Shown here: positions 30,705 through 40,084 of the stretch, one piece after another
Position numbering within the stretch: position 1 is the stretch's first letter
Layout: every line of letters starts with the position of its first letter
Assembly: GCA_945892765.1 (NCBI GenBank)
Contig: CAMDDQ010000004.1
Coordinates: 1 to 61,333, forward strand
Direction of reading: 5' to 3'
Length of the DNA stretch: 61,333 nt
Source of the DNA: Asaia bogorensis
GTDB lineage: Bacteria > Pseudomonadota > Alphaproteobacteria > CACIAM-22H2
Made by a program: the position numbers and the translations under genes
The notes under the pieces: generated by a model
What the model was told of the DNA's origin: nothing
Database searches by the model: none
The model's input: only the letters and a program-made list of their open reading frames with translations

Positions 30705-31895
30705 TCACGCCGAGGAATCGTTCAGGAGTTCGGCGTAGACATCAAGGGTCGCCTGGCACATGGCTTCCTTTGAGAAACGCTCGTGAACATGGGCGATCGC
30801 GGTTTCCGCCAGTCGGAGGCGGCCGTCTTCGCGCAGAGACAACGCCTGATCGATCGCCTGGGCCAGGGCATCGGCGTCGCCTGGCGGCACCAGCCAACCG
30901 GTCTCGCCGGGGATCACGGTTTCGCGGGCGCCGCCATGGTCGGATGCAATCACCGGGCGGCCCATGGCCTGGGCCTCGGCGATGACACGTCCAAATGCTT
31001 CGGGATCGGTCGACGCCGAAACAACGACGGTCGCTAACAACAAGGCGGCCGGCATGTCGCGGCAATCGTCGACGATGCGGGTCGAAAAACCGATACCGAG
31101 TCGTTCGGCCGTGGCCTGCAACTCCGTCCGGTATTTGGTTCGTCCCTGGTCGGAACCAACGATAACGCAGACGACGTCCGGTCGCTTCAGCTTTGCCATC
31201 GCCTCGAGCAACACCGATTGGCCTTTCCAACGAGTGAGCCTGCCAGGCAGCATCACGACCGGGGCGCCGTCGGGAAGTCGCCAATGTACGGCAAGCTGGA
31301 TGATGCGCTCGGGTGATACGCGGTGAGCATCGAAGACGCCGAGATCGATGCCGCGGGGAATGACACGGATGCGGTCGGGATCGGCGCCATAGGCATCGAT
31401 CATGTGGGTGGCGATGAAGTTCGATATGGCGATCACACGGTCGCCGCGGGCCATCACGGAATTGTACCAGAGCTTGAACCGGGTCTCGGCGCCATAAGTG
31501 CCGTGAAACGTGGTGATGAAGGGGCGCCGGCTGCGCCGGGCGGCCAGCCATGCGCTCCAGGCCGGTGCGCGCGAGCGCGCGTGGACGATGTCGACGTTGC
31601 GTTCGGCGATCACGCGCCTAAGGCGTCCGACATTGGCGGCGATGACGATCGGGTTCTTGCTATCGACCGGCAAGGTAATGTGGGTTGCACCTGCGCGTTC
31701 GATTTCGCGAACCATCGGCCCACCCGCCGACGCGACCAGTGAGGTCCAGCCGGCGCCGGCCAGTGCCGCGGCGATATCGACCGCGCCCCGCTCGACGCCG
31801 CCGGTGACCAGGCTCGGCAGAATTTGCAATACCACGGGTGGACGCGTCGGCGGCGTCGCTAATTCCTGCTCGTTTTCTGCAATGTTACTATCCAT
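30705..31895 (-). CDS. Glycosyltransferase family 4
   Basis: GGVERG, HARSRAPAW, PGRLTRWKGQ, EAFGRVIAEAQAMG. Confidence 0.92.
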   Translation of the reverse strand: MDSNIAENEQELATPPTRPPVVLQILPSLVTGGVERGAVDIAAALAGAGWTSLVASAGGPMVREIERAGATHITLPVDSKNPIVIAANVGRLRRVIAERNVDIVHARSRAPAWSAWLAARRSRRPFITTFHGTYGAETRFKLWYNSVMARGDRVIAISNFIATHMIDAYGADPDRIRVIPRGIDLGVFDAHRVSPERIIQLAVHWRLPDGAPVVMLPGRLTRWKGQSVLLEAMAKLKRPDVVCVIVGSDQGRTKYRTELQATAERLGIGFSTRIVDDCRDMPAALLLATVVVSASTDPEAFGRVIAEAQAMGRPVIASDHGGARETVIPGETGWLVPPGDADALAQAIDQALSLREDGRLRLAETAIAHVHERFSKEAMCQATLDVYAELLNDSSA

Positions 31896-31928
31896 CGTAT
31901 TTCCGATTTTCTAACACGAGCTATCATC

Positions 31929-32738
31929 GTGCAGACGACCTCCGGAGCCGGGTCCAAGACCCCGGCCGCGGCACGCGAGCCGCCGCAAATTCTATCACGC
32001 GACTTGGGTGTCTCAATCGCTTACCGGCGCATTGAAGGAGAATCGCCGGGCGTGATGTTTTTTGGCGGCTTCAGGTCCGACATGACCGGCGCCAAGGCAG
32101 TGGTGCTGGAGGCGGCTTGCCGCGCTGCGGGGCGGGCCTTTATTCGCTTCGACTATCGGGGTCACGGCGAATCCTCCGGGCGCTTCGAGGATGGCACCGT
32201 TGGCGACTGGGCCGCGGACGCGATCGCCGTTCTCGACACTCTGACGACCGGCCCGCAAATTCTCGTTGGCTCGAGCATGGGCGGCTGGATCATGCTGTTG
32301 GCGGCGCTGGCCCGCCCGGATCGTGTCCACGGCCTGGTCGGCGTGGCGTCCGCTCCGGATTTTACCGAAGACTTGGTGTGGGCCCGGCTGAACGATGACG
32401 GCAGGCGGACATTGCAACGCGAAGGCGTGTGGCGCCAGCCCTCCGCTTATGGCGACCCCCTGCCGATCACGTTGAGCTTGATCGCGGAAGGGCGCGGCCA
32501 TCTGCTGCTCCGCGGTTCCATTCCGATCACGGCCCCGGTTCGCCTGCTTCACGGCATGCGCGATCTCGAGGTTCCCTGGCAGACTTCTGGAAAACTGCTG
32601 AAAGCCGTGGAATCCGAGGATGTTCAACTGCATCTGGTCAAGGATGGCGACCATCGCCTTTCTCGACCGCAGGACCTCCAGCTGATCGAAGCTTTCGTCA
32701 CCGAACTTGCCCGGATTCCGTCGCCACTATCGCGCTGA
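31929..32738 (+). CDS. Alpha/beta hydrolase
   Basis: GFRSDMTGAKA, GSSMGG, DGDHRLS. Confidence 0.9.
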   Translation: MQTTSGAGSKTPAAAREPPQILSRDLGVSIAYRRIEGESPGVMFFGGFRSDMTGAKAVVLEAACRAAGRAFIRFDYRGHGESSGRFEDGTVGDWAADAIAVLDTLTTGPQILVGSSMGGWIMLLAALARPDRVHGLVGVASAPDFTEDLVWARLNDDGRRTLQREGVWRQPSAYGDPLPITLSLIAEGRGHLLLRGSIPITAPVRLLHGMRDLEVPWQTSGKLLKAVESEDVQLHLVKDGDHRLSRPQDLQLIEAFVTELARIPSPLSR

Positions 32739-33585
32739 GGCCGGCGCGATAGTCGGGGTAGAGGAGGCGAACACCAAGCTCCGTCTTGATGCGCTGGTTG
32801 GCAACACGTTTGCTGTCGGCATAGAACGACTGCGCCATTTCGGTCATCGTGGCCCGGGCCCGGTCGAACGGTTCCTCCGGCGGTGGCGGCACGCCAAGCA
32901 ACGCGCAGGCGAAGGCGACCACGTCCTGGGGGGGCGCGGGATCGTCGTCGCAGACATTGTAGACGGCGCCGGGATTGGGCCGGGCCATCGACGCGCGCAG
33001 GACGGAGGTGATGTCGGCCACGTGTGTGCGTGAAAAGACCTGGCCCGGCTTGACGACCCTTCGCGCAGTTCCCGCTCGCACGGTGTCGATCGCGCTTCGC
33101 CCCGGCCCATAAATGCCAGCCAGCCGAAAAACCTGCACCGGCAGGCCGTGCCGTTGCCCCAGATCGAGCCATGCCTTTTCCGCCGCGACACGGCGGCGGT
33201 TGCGCGGCCCGGTCGGGCGGAGTTCGGCATTTTCGTCGACCCAGTCGCCGTCTCGATCGCCATAGACGCCGGTCGTGGACAGGTATCCGACCCAGCGAAG
33301 GTCCGGTATGGCCGCGATCGACGCGGCGTGTTCATCGAGCACCGGATCGCCCAATTCGTCGGGTGGGATGGAGATGAGCAAGTAATTCGCGGTCTCAAGC
33401 GCAGATGGAGAAACCTGCCGGCCCCTTCCGAAGCAAAGCGATGTCATGCCCTTGGTCGAAGGGGGGGCCGGCTCCCCATCGCGGCAACGATGAGTGCCGG
33501 CGATTCCCCAGCCCTCGGCGGCGAGAATTGCGCCGAGATGGGCGGCCGTGTAGCCGAGGCCGAAACAAAATAGGCAGGGAATCAT
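32698..33585 (-). CDS. NAD-dependent epimerase / atypical SDR
   Basis: FGLGY, YLSTTGVYGD, RLAGIYGPGR, YNVCDD. Confidence 0.9.
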   Translation of the reverse strand: MIPCLFCFGLGYTAAHLGAILAAEGWGIAGTHRCRDGEPAPPSTKGMTSLCFGRGRQVSPSALETANYLLISIPPDELGDPVLDEHAASIAAIPDLRWVGYLSTTGVYGDRDGDWVDENAELRPTGPRNRRRVAAEKAWLDLGQRHGLPVQVFRLAGIYGPGRSAIDTVRAGTARRVVKPGQVFSRTHVADITSVLRASMARPNPGAVYNVCDDDPAPPQDVVAFACALLGVPPPPEEPFDRARATMTEMAQSFYADSKRVANQRIKTELGVRLLYPDYRAGLSAIVATESGQVR

Positions 33586-33640
33586 GGCTTTCTGATGGAT
33601 CCGGCTGGAGGAGGCGGGACTGTAGCGAGTGCCGCGGCCG

Positions 33641-33759
33641 GCCGGCAATGCGCCCGTTCTTCTCGACCCGGCAGTTCTTGCCCCGATGCCGGAAATTCGT
33701 GGAGGACGGAAACCTAACCGGTTGATTTTGCTAAATGAAAATATGGCACCGGTCTTGCT
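33641..33759 (+). promoter_or_regulatory. Sigma54 promoter with IHF site and enhancer-like dyads
   Basis: TGGCAC-CGGTC-TTGCT (33744-33759); AATCAACCGGTTA on minus strand (33715-33727); CCCGGCAGTTCTTGCCCC (33667-33684). Confidence 0.78.
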
Positions 33760-33792
33760 ACCTCATTGGCAACGATCTGGTAGAAGCCAACG

Positions 33793-34784
33793 ATGACCGA
33801 AGCCATTCTTCCTTTGTCGCCGCTCTCGCCGGCAGGCACCAATCCATCGGCACCGCAAGCGGCCGCGCCAAGTAAGTTTTCCTTTGGCGACCTGCTGTCG
33901 GTGCTGAACCCCCTGCAGCATATCCCGGTCGTGGGCACGTTTATCGCGCCATCACCGGCGATGTCATTCATCCGGCAGCGCGCGTCCTTGGCGGGGCGTT
34001 GTTCGGTGGCCCCATTGGGCTGGTAACCTCCATCGCCAACGCGATGTACGAACAGATAACCGGAAGGGATTTCGGCGACCAGGCGCTGGCCCTGCTGTCC
34101 CCTGACGACGCCGCGCCGCTTCCGGCCGTTTCCAGCATCGCCGCCGGCACCGCCGAGAGTGCGAAACCGGCGCCGGCGGGACAGCTGGCAAGCGCCTCAG
34201 CGGAGGAACTTTCGTCGGATCGTCCTAACGCAATTCGTTGGTTAACAGAGCGCCAACCAGCGCAGCCGGCGCCAGCGGAACTTGCTTCGGCGGCTCCGTC
34301 GTCGACGGGAAAGATCGACTGGTCCTTGGGGCGCCAGGTTGCCAAGCTAGATATCGCGCCGGACATCGTCCCAACCACGTTAAATCCCATCGCCGCCGCC
34401 AGCCGACCGTCGACGGCCACGGTGCCGCTGAAACACGGAATGGATCCGGCTACGGTCGCGACTCAAGCGCAGCTCCAGGTGGGGAACATGCGCGGAACGT
34501 CCGGAGCGGCGCCTCCGGCGTCGCGTGGCGTGCCATTGGCCTATCAACCCAAGCCGAACCTAGTTGCGGCCGCGCGTTTCGCGCCGCCTGTTCCCATGCC
34601 GCCGGCGGAAATCAAACCGACGATATTAACGCCGGGGAATGGCCCGGTGGCGGTCGCCGCGCCGATCGCGCCGGCCGCGCCGGCGCCCGGTCCATGGTTC
34701 GTCGATGCCATGGCCAAGGGCCTGGAGCGTTATGGCGACGCCTCTCGGCCGCCGACGGGAGCCAAGGTCGACCTGGTCCGCTAA
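33793..34784 (+). pseudogene. Hypothetical protein split by a 1-nt deletion near 33940
   Basis: FGDLLSVLNPLQHIPVVGT continues in the shifted frame as YRAITGDVIHPAARVLGGALFGGPIG into ORF 33999-34784. Confidence 0.7.
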
Positions 34785-34843
34785 GCCAAGACCCTGCGCT
34801 GGCGCCCTTGCCATCGGGCGGGGCCAAGTGCTTTTGTGGCCGC

Positions 34844-35371
34844 GTGTCCAAGACCGATGGCCAAGCCGACATCGTCGTATCGCGGAGCGGATTGCTGACC
34901 TGGCGTGGTCGCGACTATCGCTGCGCCATCGGACGATCCGGCATCAGCAACGACAAACATGAGGGGGATGGGGCAAGCCCGGCCGGCCGGTTTGCGTTGC
35001 GCCATGTGTATTTCCGCGCGGATCGGTTGGAGCCGCCGGTGACACGTTTGCCGGTCGTGGCGCTCAGACCAAATGATGGCTGGTGCGACGATCCCGGCGA
35101 TCCTGCCTACAACCGCCCGGTGCTGCTACCCTATGCGGCCCGGGGCGAGACTCTTTGGCGGGAGGATCACGTTTATGATGTGATCGCCGTGCTGGGGCAC
35201 AATGACGATCCGCCGGCTCCGGGAAAAGGGAGCGCGATATTCCTGCATATAGCACGCGACTCGTTTGCGCCAACGGAGGGCTGTGTTGCCTTGGTCCTCG
35301 GCGATTTGCTCACGGTCTTGCGCGATTGCGATCCGTCGACGTTTCTCCAAATCGCGGACGACTCCGCCTAA
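34844..35371 (+). CDS. L,D-transpeptidase (YkuD-like) family protein
   Basis: CAIGRSG, KHEGDGASPAG, GWCDDP, GSAIFLH...PTEGCVA; GTG start inferred. Confidence 0.85.
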   Translation: MSKTDGQADIVVSRSGLLTWRGRDYRCAIGRSGISNDKHEGDGASPAGRFALRHVYFRADRLEPPVTRLPVVALRPNDGWCDDPGDPAYNRPVLLPYAARGETLWREDHVYDVIAVLGHNDDPPAPGKGSAIFLHIARDSFAPTEGCVALVLGDLLTVLRDCDPSTFLQIADDSA

Positions 35372-36087
35372 TCCACCGCCGCAGGGGGGCGCGATCCGAA
35401 GATCGCGGTGCCAAGCCGGACATGTGTGGCGCCAAAGGCGATGGCAACCTCGAAATCGGCGCTCATCCCCATGCTCAATGTCGCGATGCCGTTGCGACGG
35501 GCGATCTGCGAAAGAAGAGCAAAATGCAGGGACGGCTCATCGGCAACCGGCGGGATGCACATCAGCCCGTCGACCCGCAGACCGTGAACCTCGCGGCATT
35601 GGCGGATAAAGCCGTCGGCCTCCGTGGGCGCGATTCCCGCCTTTTGCGGCTCCTCGCCGGTGTTGACCTGCACGAAACAGGCGGGCTGCCGGACGACGCC
35701 GTCTTGCCCTGAACGTCGAATTTCCGCCGCGATGGCGGCGGCGAGTTTTGGACGGTCGACGGTCTCGATGACGTCGAACAGGCCGACGGCCTCGCGCACC
35801 TTGTTGGTCTGCAGCGGGCCGATCAGGTGCAGGGCGAGGTCAGGTTGCGCCGCTTTCAACGTCGGGTATTTCGCCAACGCCTCCTGCACGCGGTTTTCTC
35901 CGAAAACCCGCTGGCCGGCGGCAAGGGCTTCGCGGATCGCGGCTTCGGGATGGGTTTTGGTCACGGCAACCAGGGTGATGCTGCCGGGCGGCCGATCGTT
36001 GGTGCTTTCGGCCGCGGCGATCCGGGCGCGTATCTGTTCGAGCGCGATTGCTACATCGGTACGGGTTTGCGCTTCGGCCGTGGTCAT
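35368..36087 (-). CDS. yggS: YggS family PLP-binding protein
   Basis: LVAVTK, FGENRVQE, HLIGPLQTNK, LSMGMSADF, RLGTAIFG. Confidence 0.95.
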   Translation of the reverse strand: MTTAEAQTRTDVAIALEQIRARIAAAESTNDRPPGSITLVAVTKTHPEAAIREALAAGQRVFGENRVQEALAKYPTLKAAQPDLALHLIGPLQTNKVREAVGLFDVIETVDRPKLAAAIAAEIRRSGQDGVVRQPACFVQVNTGEEPQKAGIAPTEADGFIRQCREVHGLRVDGLMCIPPVADEPSLHFALLSQIARRNGIATLSMGMSADFEVAIAFGATHVRLGTAIFGSRPPAAVD

Positions 36088-36109
36088 GGCAGGGTCGCGC
36101 CGTAGAGCC

Positions 36110-36841
36110 ATGGATATCGACATCCTGCGCGCCCGCGTGGCCGCCATCCCATTTTGGTATCACCGCATCGACCTGCCCGGCGGGGTAACGACGCCCGGCT
36201 GGGCGCCGATGGACGCCGATTCCTATCGGATTCCGAGTGATCTATCCGGGAAGCGGGTTCTGGACGTTGGGGCATGGGATGGCTATTGGACCTTCGCCGC
36301 GCTGGCGCGCGGTGCGCAGGAAGTCGTGGCGATCGACGATTTTTCGGATCATCTCGGGGGAGCCGGCGCGGCTCGCTTGGCTTGGGAGACGTTCGATCTG
36401 TGCCGCGACGCGTTGGGGCTGAATGGGGATCGCTGCCAACGCCGGGAAATTTCGGTCTATGACGTTTCGGAAGCGGCGCTCGGACGTTTCGACATCGTGT
36501 TCTGCTTTGGCACGCCCTACCATCTGCGCCACCCGTTGCTCGCGCTCGACCGTCTGGCCGCCTTGTGTAACGAAGCGATTTTCGTCGAATCGGCTGTTCT
36601 CGACGACTATAGCCCCTATTGGGGTGGGCTTGGACACGGTTATCCGGGTCGTCAGATGGTGATGGAGTTTTATCCGGACGACCGTTATGGCGGCAATGCC
36701 ACCAATTGGTGAGTGCCGACGCTGGAATGTCTGTCGGCGATGACCCGAGCCGCGGGCTTCGCCAAGACGGAGGCCTGGAAACTGGTGGAAAAGCCACAGG
36801 AGCTTGCGCGCTGCCGCGGCTTCGTGCGCGGCGAAAAATAG
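36110..36841 (+). pseudogene. SAM methyltransferase (CmoB/DUF1698-like) with in-frame TGA at 36710-36712
   Basis: WYHRIDL, GKRVLDVGAWDG, YHLRHPLLAL; after TNW* the frame continues VPTLECLSAMTRAAGF... to TAG at 36841. Confidence 0.72.
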
Positions 36842-36852
36842 GATCGCTAAGA

Positions 36853-38403
36853 TCAGACCGGATCGAGCAGTTCGACGTCGATGGACGTGCGGTTGTGCTC
36901 GATCAGGAGCCTTAGCGTCTCGCCCTTGGCGATGGGTCGCGGCGCCTGAAAATTGTGGATGACGTGGAGCCAGCCCGAGGGCGTGTCGTGCAGGCCGGGG
37001 CGGTTTTCGAAAATCGTTTCGTCATCCAGGTAAAGTTTGATCCATTGCGCGACGCCGATGGCGACACCGTTTTCGGTCGCTTCCAGTACGATCTCACTTT
37101 TCCCGGCATCGATATAGGCATCGCCCGGAAAGTCGAAACGCAAAACCTCGCGGTCCGCCGATAACAACCGATACGGATAAAGATCGAGGTTCAGCGCGGA
37201 TTTGAGCGGCGAGAAACGATTGAATTCACTCAGATCGAAGCCGAGGGCTTCGCCGACGAACATTTGTTGGCCTACGGCCTCGCTGCCGAGCAGCGCGATG
37301 ACGGCCGATGCCGCGGCCGGAATAACGCGACCGCCGGGCACAAGAAGATGTTGCCGGGCGTGATCCATCGTCGAAAGGATATGCTCGCCGAGCAACATGG
37401 AATCGAAGGTTTCGGTGACGATGACGTCGGCACGGCTGGGCAGATCCTTGCCGACGATCAAATCGTTGGATCGTTTGCGGATGATCGTGACGCGATCGCC
37501 AAGGCCGTTGCGTGCCATGACGTCCCCGGCGGCGGCTGCGATTGGCGCAACCATTTCGCAGCTATAGACCTTGGCGAAGGCCTCGCGCCCGGCGCACATC
37601 GACAACAGGCCCGCGCCGGTGCCGATATCGAGCACGATGGCATCGCTGCGCGCGGCTCGCGCGATGGCCTGACGATAGGCGGCATTGCGTGGCGTATCAT
37701 TCATCATGGGGAAATGCCAGCGCGGCACTTCCTTGCCGCGCACCGCCCGCAGGCCACGCCGGGCGGCGACGTTTCCGGGCTCTTCCACGACCAGCGTTTC
37801 AAACAACCGCTCGGCGTCTGGCAGACGGACGAGCGTGTGATACACCTGCGCGAGGCGTAGCCGGATGTCCCGGTCGTCGGGCCGCAACGCCGTGGCCTTT
37901 TCGAGCGCGGCGGCGGCATCGTCCATCTTGCCGAAATCGATCAGCGTATTGGCGAGGTTGAACCACGCTCCGACATGATCCGGCTTGGCGGCGACGGCCT
38001 TGCGGAGTTCGACCGCCGCCTCGCGCACGCGGCCGCCGCGGCGGAGCAACGCACCCAGGTTGTTAAGGAGCGCGGCATTGCCGGGGGCGTGCGAAAGGCC
38101 CTCGCGATAGGCCGTCTCGGCCTCGATCACCTTGCCTTGGGCCGCCAGGGTATTGCCAAGGTGCCGCCAGGGATCGGGGTGGCTCGGCACCCGATCGCAG
38201 GCCGCTCGGAGGAATGCGATCGCCGCGCCGCCGCGCCCTAGCCGACTGGCGAGGAGCCCGGCGAAAATCCAGGTTTCGACCAAACGGGGATAATCGCGCC
38301 GTAACTGGTCGTCGATGGCCGAAGCAATATCCAGCCTGCCGTCGGCGAGTGCAGATTGGCCTTCGGCGAGCAATGTCTGTGGGGCATTCAGATCAGCCGA
38401 CAT
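36853..38403 (-). CDS. TPR-repeat protein with PRMT7/9-like arginine methyltransferase domain
   Basis: N-terminal TPRs; VPRWHFPMMNDTPRNAAY, VLDIGTGAGLL, SCEM, double-E loop VTETFDSMLLGE, GGRVIP, beta-barrel-like C-terminus. Confidence 0.85.
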   Translation of the reverse strand: MSADLNAPQTLLAEGQSALADGRLDIASAIDDQLRRDYPRLVETWIFAGLLASRLGRGGAAIAFLRAACDRVPSHPDPWRHLGNTLAAQGKVIEAETAYREGLSHAPGNAALLNNLGALLRRGGRVREAAVELRKAVAAKPDHVGAWFNLANTLIDFGKMDDAAAALEKATALRPDDRDIRLRLAQVYHTLVRLPDAERLFETLVVEEPGNVAARRGLRAVRGKEVPRWHFPMMNDTPRNAAYRQAIARAARSDAIVLDIGTGAGLLSMCAGREAFAKVYSCEMVAPIAAAAGDVMARNGLGDRVTIIRKRSNDLIVGKDLPSRADVIVTETFDSMLLGEHILSTMDHARQHLLVPGGRVIPAAASAVIALLGSEAVGQQMFVGEALGFDLSEFNRFSPLKSALNLDLYPYRLLSADREVLRFDFPGDAYIDAGKSEIVLEATENGVAIGVAQWIKLYLDDETIFENRPGLHDTPSGWLHVIHNFQAPRPIAKGETLRLLIEHNRTSIDVELLDPV

Positions 38404-38462
38404 GTCGCCGCCTCGCCTTCAGTAAAAAAGGGCGTGGCATCTTAGCGTGGTTTCCGTGGGAC

Positions 38463-38495
38463 AAAAAAAGAGAGAGCGGCCGAAGCCGCTCTCTC
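38463..38495 (-). terminator. Intrinsic terminator after porin
   Basis: 11-bp stem GAGAGAGCGGC/GCCGCTCTCTC, UUCG loop and U7 on minus strand. Confidence 0.88.
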
Positions 38496-38517
38496 GCTAC
38501 AGATTATGGAAGGTGGT

Positions 38518-39762
38518 TTAGAACGCCAGCCGGATGCCGGTGACCAAACCATACGCCGAACCGCCGTAGCCGGTCGTCGCACCCGAGGGGCCGGGATTGC
38601 CGGGCGACTCATCGTTGAAGTCGTACTTGAAGAGCGACGTTGACCAACGAACGCCCGGTCCGATCGTCCATTCGTTGCCGAACACGAAATATTCACCCTC
38701 GTCGTCGCCGAGGCCAATCGTGTTGTCCTGCTCGCCGCGCAAATGAACGAGGCTGACGCGGCCCGGATAGCCGAGGTTGTAGGTATACGCCAAGCCCACA
38801 TCCCAGGCCGTGCCGTCGATGTTGGTCGTGGTGTTGGAAACGCACGTTGCACCCGCGGTGGCGGCGGTGGTGCCGACGCAACCTGCGTTGTTACGGCCAT
38901 CATTGGTGCCGCCCCATGAAGCGCCGAGGGTGAAGTTACCGTAGGTGAGGTTGGCGCCGATCGTCCAGGCTTGCGCTTTCGGGATTTGGGTCTGGTCGGT
39001 GTCCCACTGCATCCAGCCGCCGCCGAGGGTGAAGGCGACCTGATCGAATGTCTCGGTGTAGTTGAGGCCGAGGGAAACGCCGCGGTTGTATTTGCCGGAC
39101 TTCTGCTCGATGCCCGCGTTGTCGGAGCCGTTGCCGTTGACCGCCGAAGACGGGGTATAGCTGACGCCGAGCTGCAGACCGCTGGAGGCGGTGTTACCGA
39201 ACAGACGCGGCGTGAAATAATTGATCTTCTCGGCGTCGGACTGGAACAGATCGGGCGAGGTCGTGTTGATGGTGCCGTCCGTGCTCGAACCGGTGCGGTT
39301 GGCGCCGCTCTTGGTCTGGCCTTGCGTGGCGCCGAAACCGGCGTTGACGGGACGAATGCCCATCTTTTGCTTCACGTCGTCGGTGGTGCCCAACTGAACG
39401 GTACCGAAACCGCTTTCGATGCTGAGGAAGTTTTCATCGATGTTGTTGGTGCTGTTGGGCAGCGTCGTCGCGCCGGTCTGGTTGTTGCCTTCCAGCTCGA
39501 TGCGGATCGTGAACTTCAACCCATTGTCCAGCGTGGTGGACCCGCTGAAGTAGATTTCCGAGTCCATGTCGAAGTCGACCTTCTGCACGTTGCCCGCGCG
39601 ATCGTCGACATCGAAGAGGTAAAAACGTTGATCGTGGTAGCCGCCAAGCGACAGCTTGATTGGCTCGACCTTAGCCGGTTGTGCTTGGGCGAAGGCAGAC
39701 CCCGTCAATGCAAGAAAGCCTGCGGCGACCAGCGCCGTCGTGCCCAGAAGTTGCTTCTTCAT
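38518..39762 (-). CDS. Outer membrane porin
   Basis: MKKQLLGTTAL signal peptide, DSEIYFSGSTTLDNGL, KINYFTPR, C-terminal GIRLAF. Confidence 0.9.
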   Translation of the reverse strand: MKKQLLGTTALVAAGFLALTGSAFAQAQPAKVEPIKLSLGGYHDQRFYLFDVDDRAGNVQKVDFDMDSEIYFSGSTTLDNGLKFTIRIELEGNNQTGATTLPNSTNNIDENFLSIESGFGTVQLGTTDDVKQKMGIRPVNAGFGATQGQTKSGANRTGSSTDGTINTTSPDLFQSDAEKINYFTPRLFGNTASSGLQLGVSYTPSSAVNGNGSDNAGIEQKSGKYNRGVSLGLNYTETFDQVAFTLGGGWMQWDTDQTQIPKAQAWTIGANLTYGNFTLGASWGGTNDGRNNAGCVGTTAATAGATCVSNTTTNIDGTAWDVGLAYTYNLGYPGRVSLVHLRGEQDNTIGLGDDEGEYFVFGNEWTIGPGVRWSTSLFKYDFNDESPGNPGPSGATTGYGGSAYGLVTGIRLAF

Positions 39763-40084
39763 CGTAGCCCCTCGTTCGTTATGCCCAATGACGGCCAGCG
39801 TTGCGGCCAAATCCCGCGGTCGAACCGCGAACCAGTGGCGCCTTTATCCTTGTGGAGGCGGCCCCAGTCAAGGCGCCAATCCTTAGGGAACTGTGGAAAA
39901 TCGGTTGCTGTGGCGGTTGCGCAACAGTTATTGAGGGGCGTGCCCGGGGCGGTTTGGGGGGAATCTCCCCCCTCTGAAGGTAAAGTTCCATGGGGATACC
40001 TGGCCAATTTTTTGCGGAATTGATGGGATACGGGCTTATAGTTGTGGATATTTTTCGAAGAACCGGTCGAAGGGAATTTCAGGG

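Noticed and set aside
36710-36712. Selenocysteine or alternative genetic code at the in-frame TGA
   Set aside because: Expected residue is Trp, not Cys; TGA is a normal stop elsewhere, including ATGA overlaps; no convincing SECIS seen
39880-40060. Two one-mismatch DnaA-box-like 9-mers (39892, 40043) as oriC
   Set aside because: Too few and too degenerate, no clear unwinding element; the spacer is explained by divergent promoters
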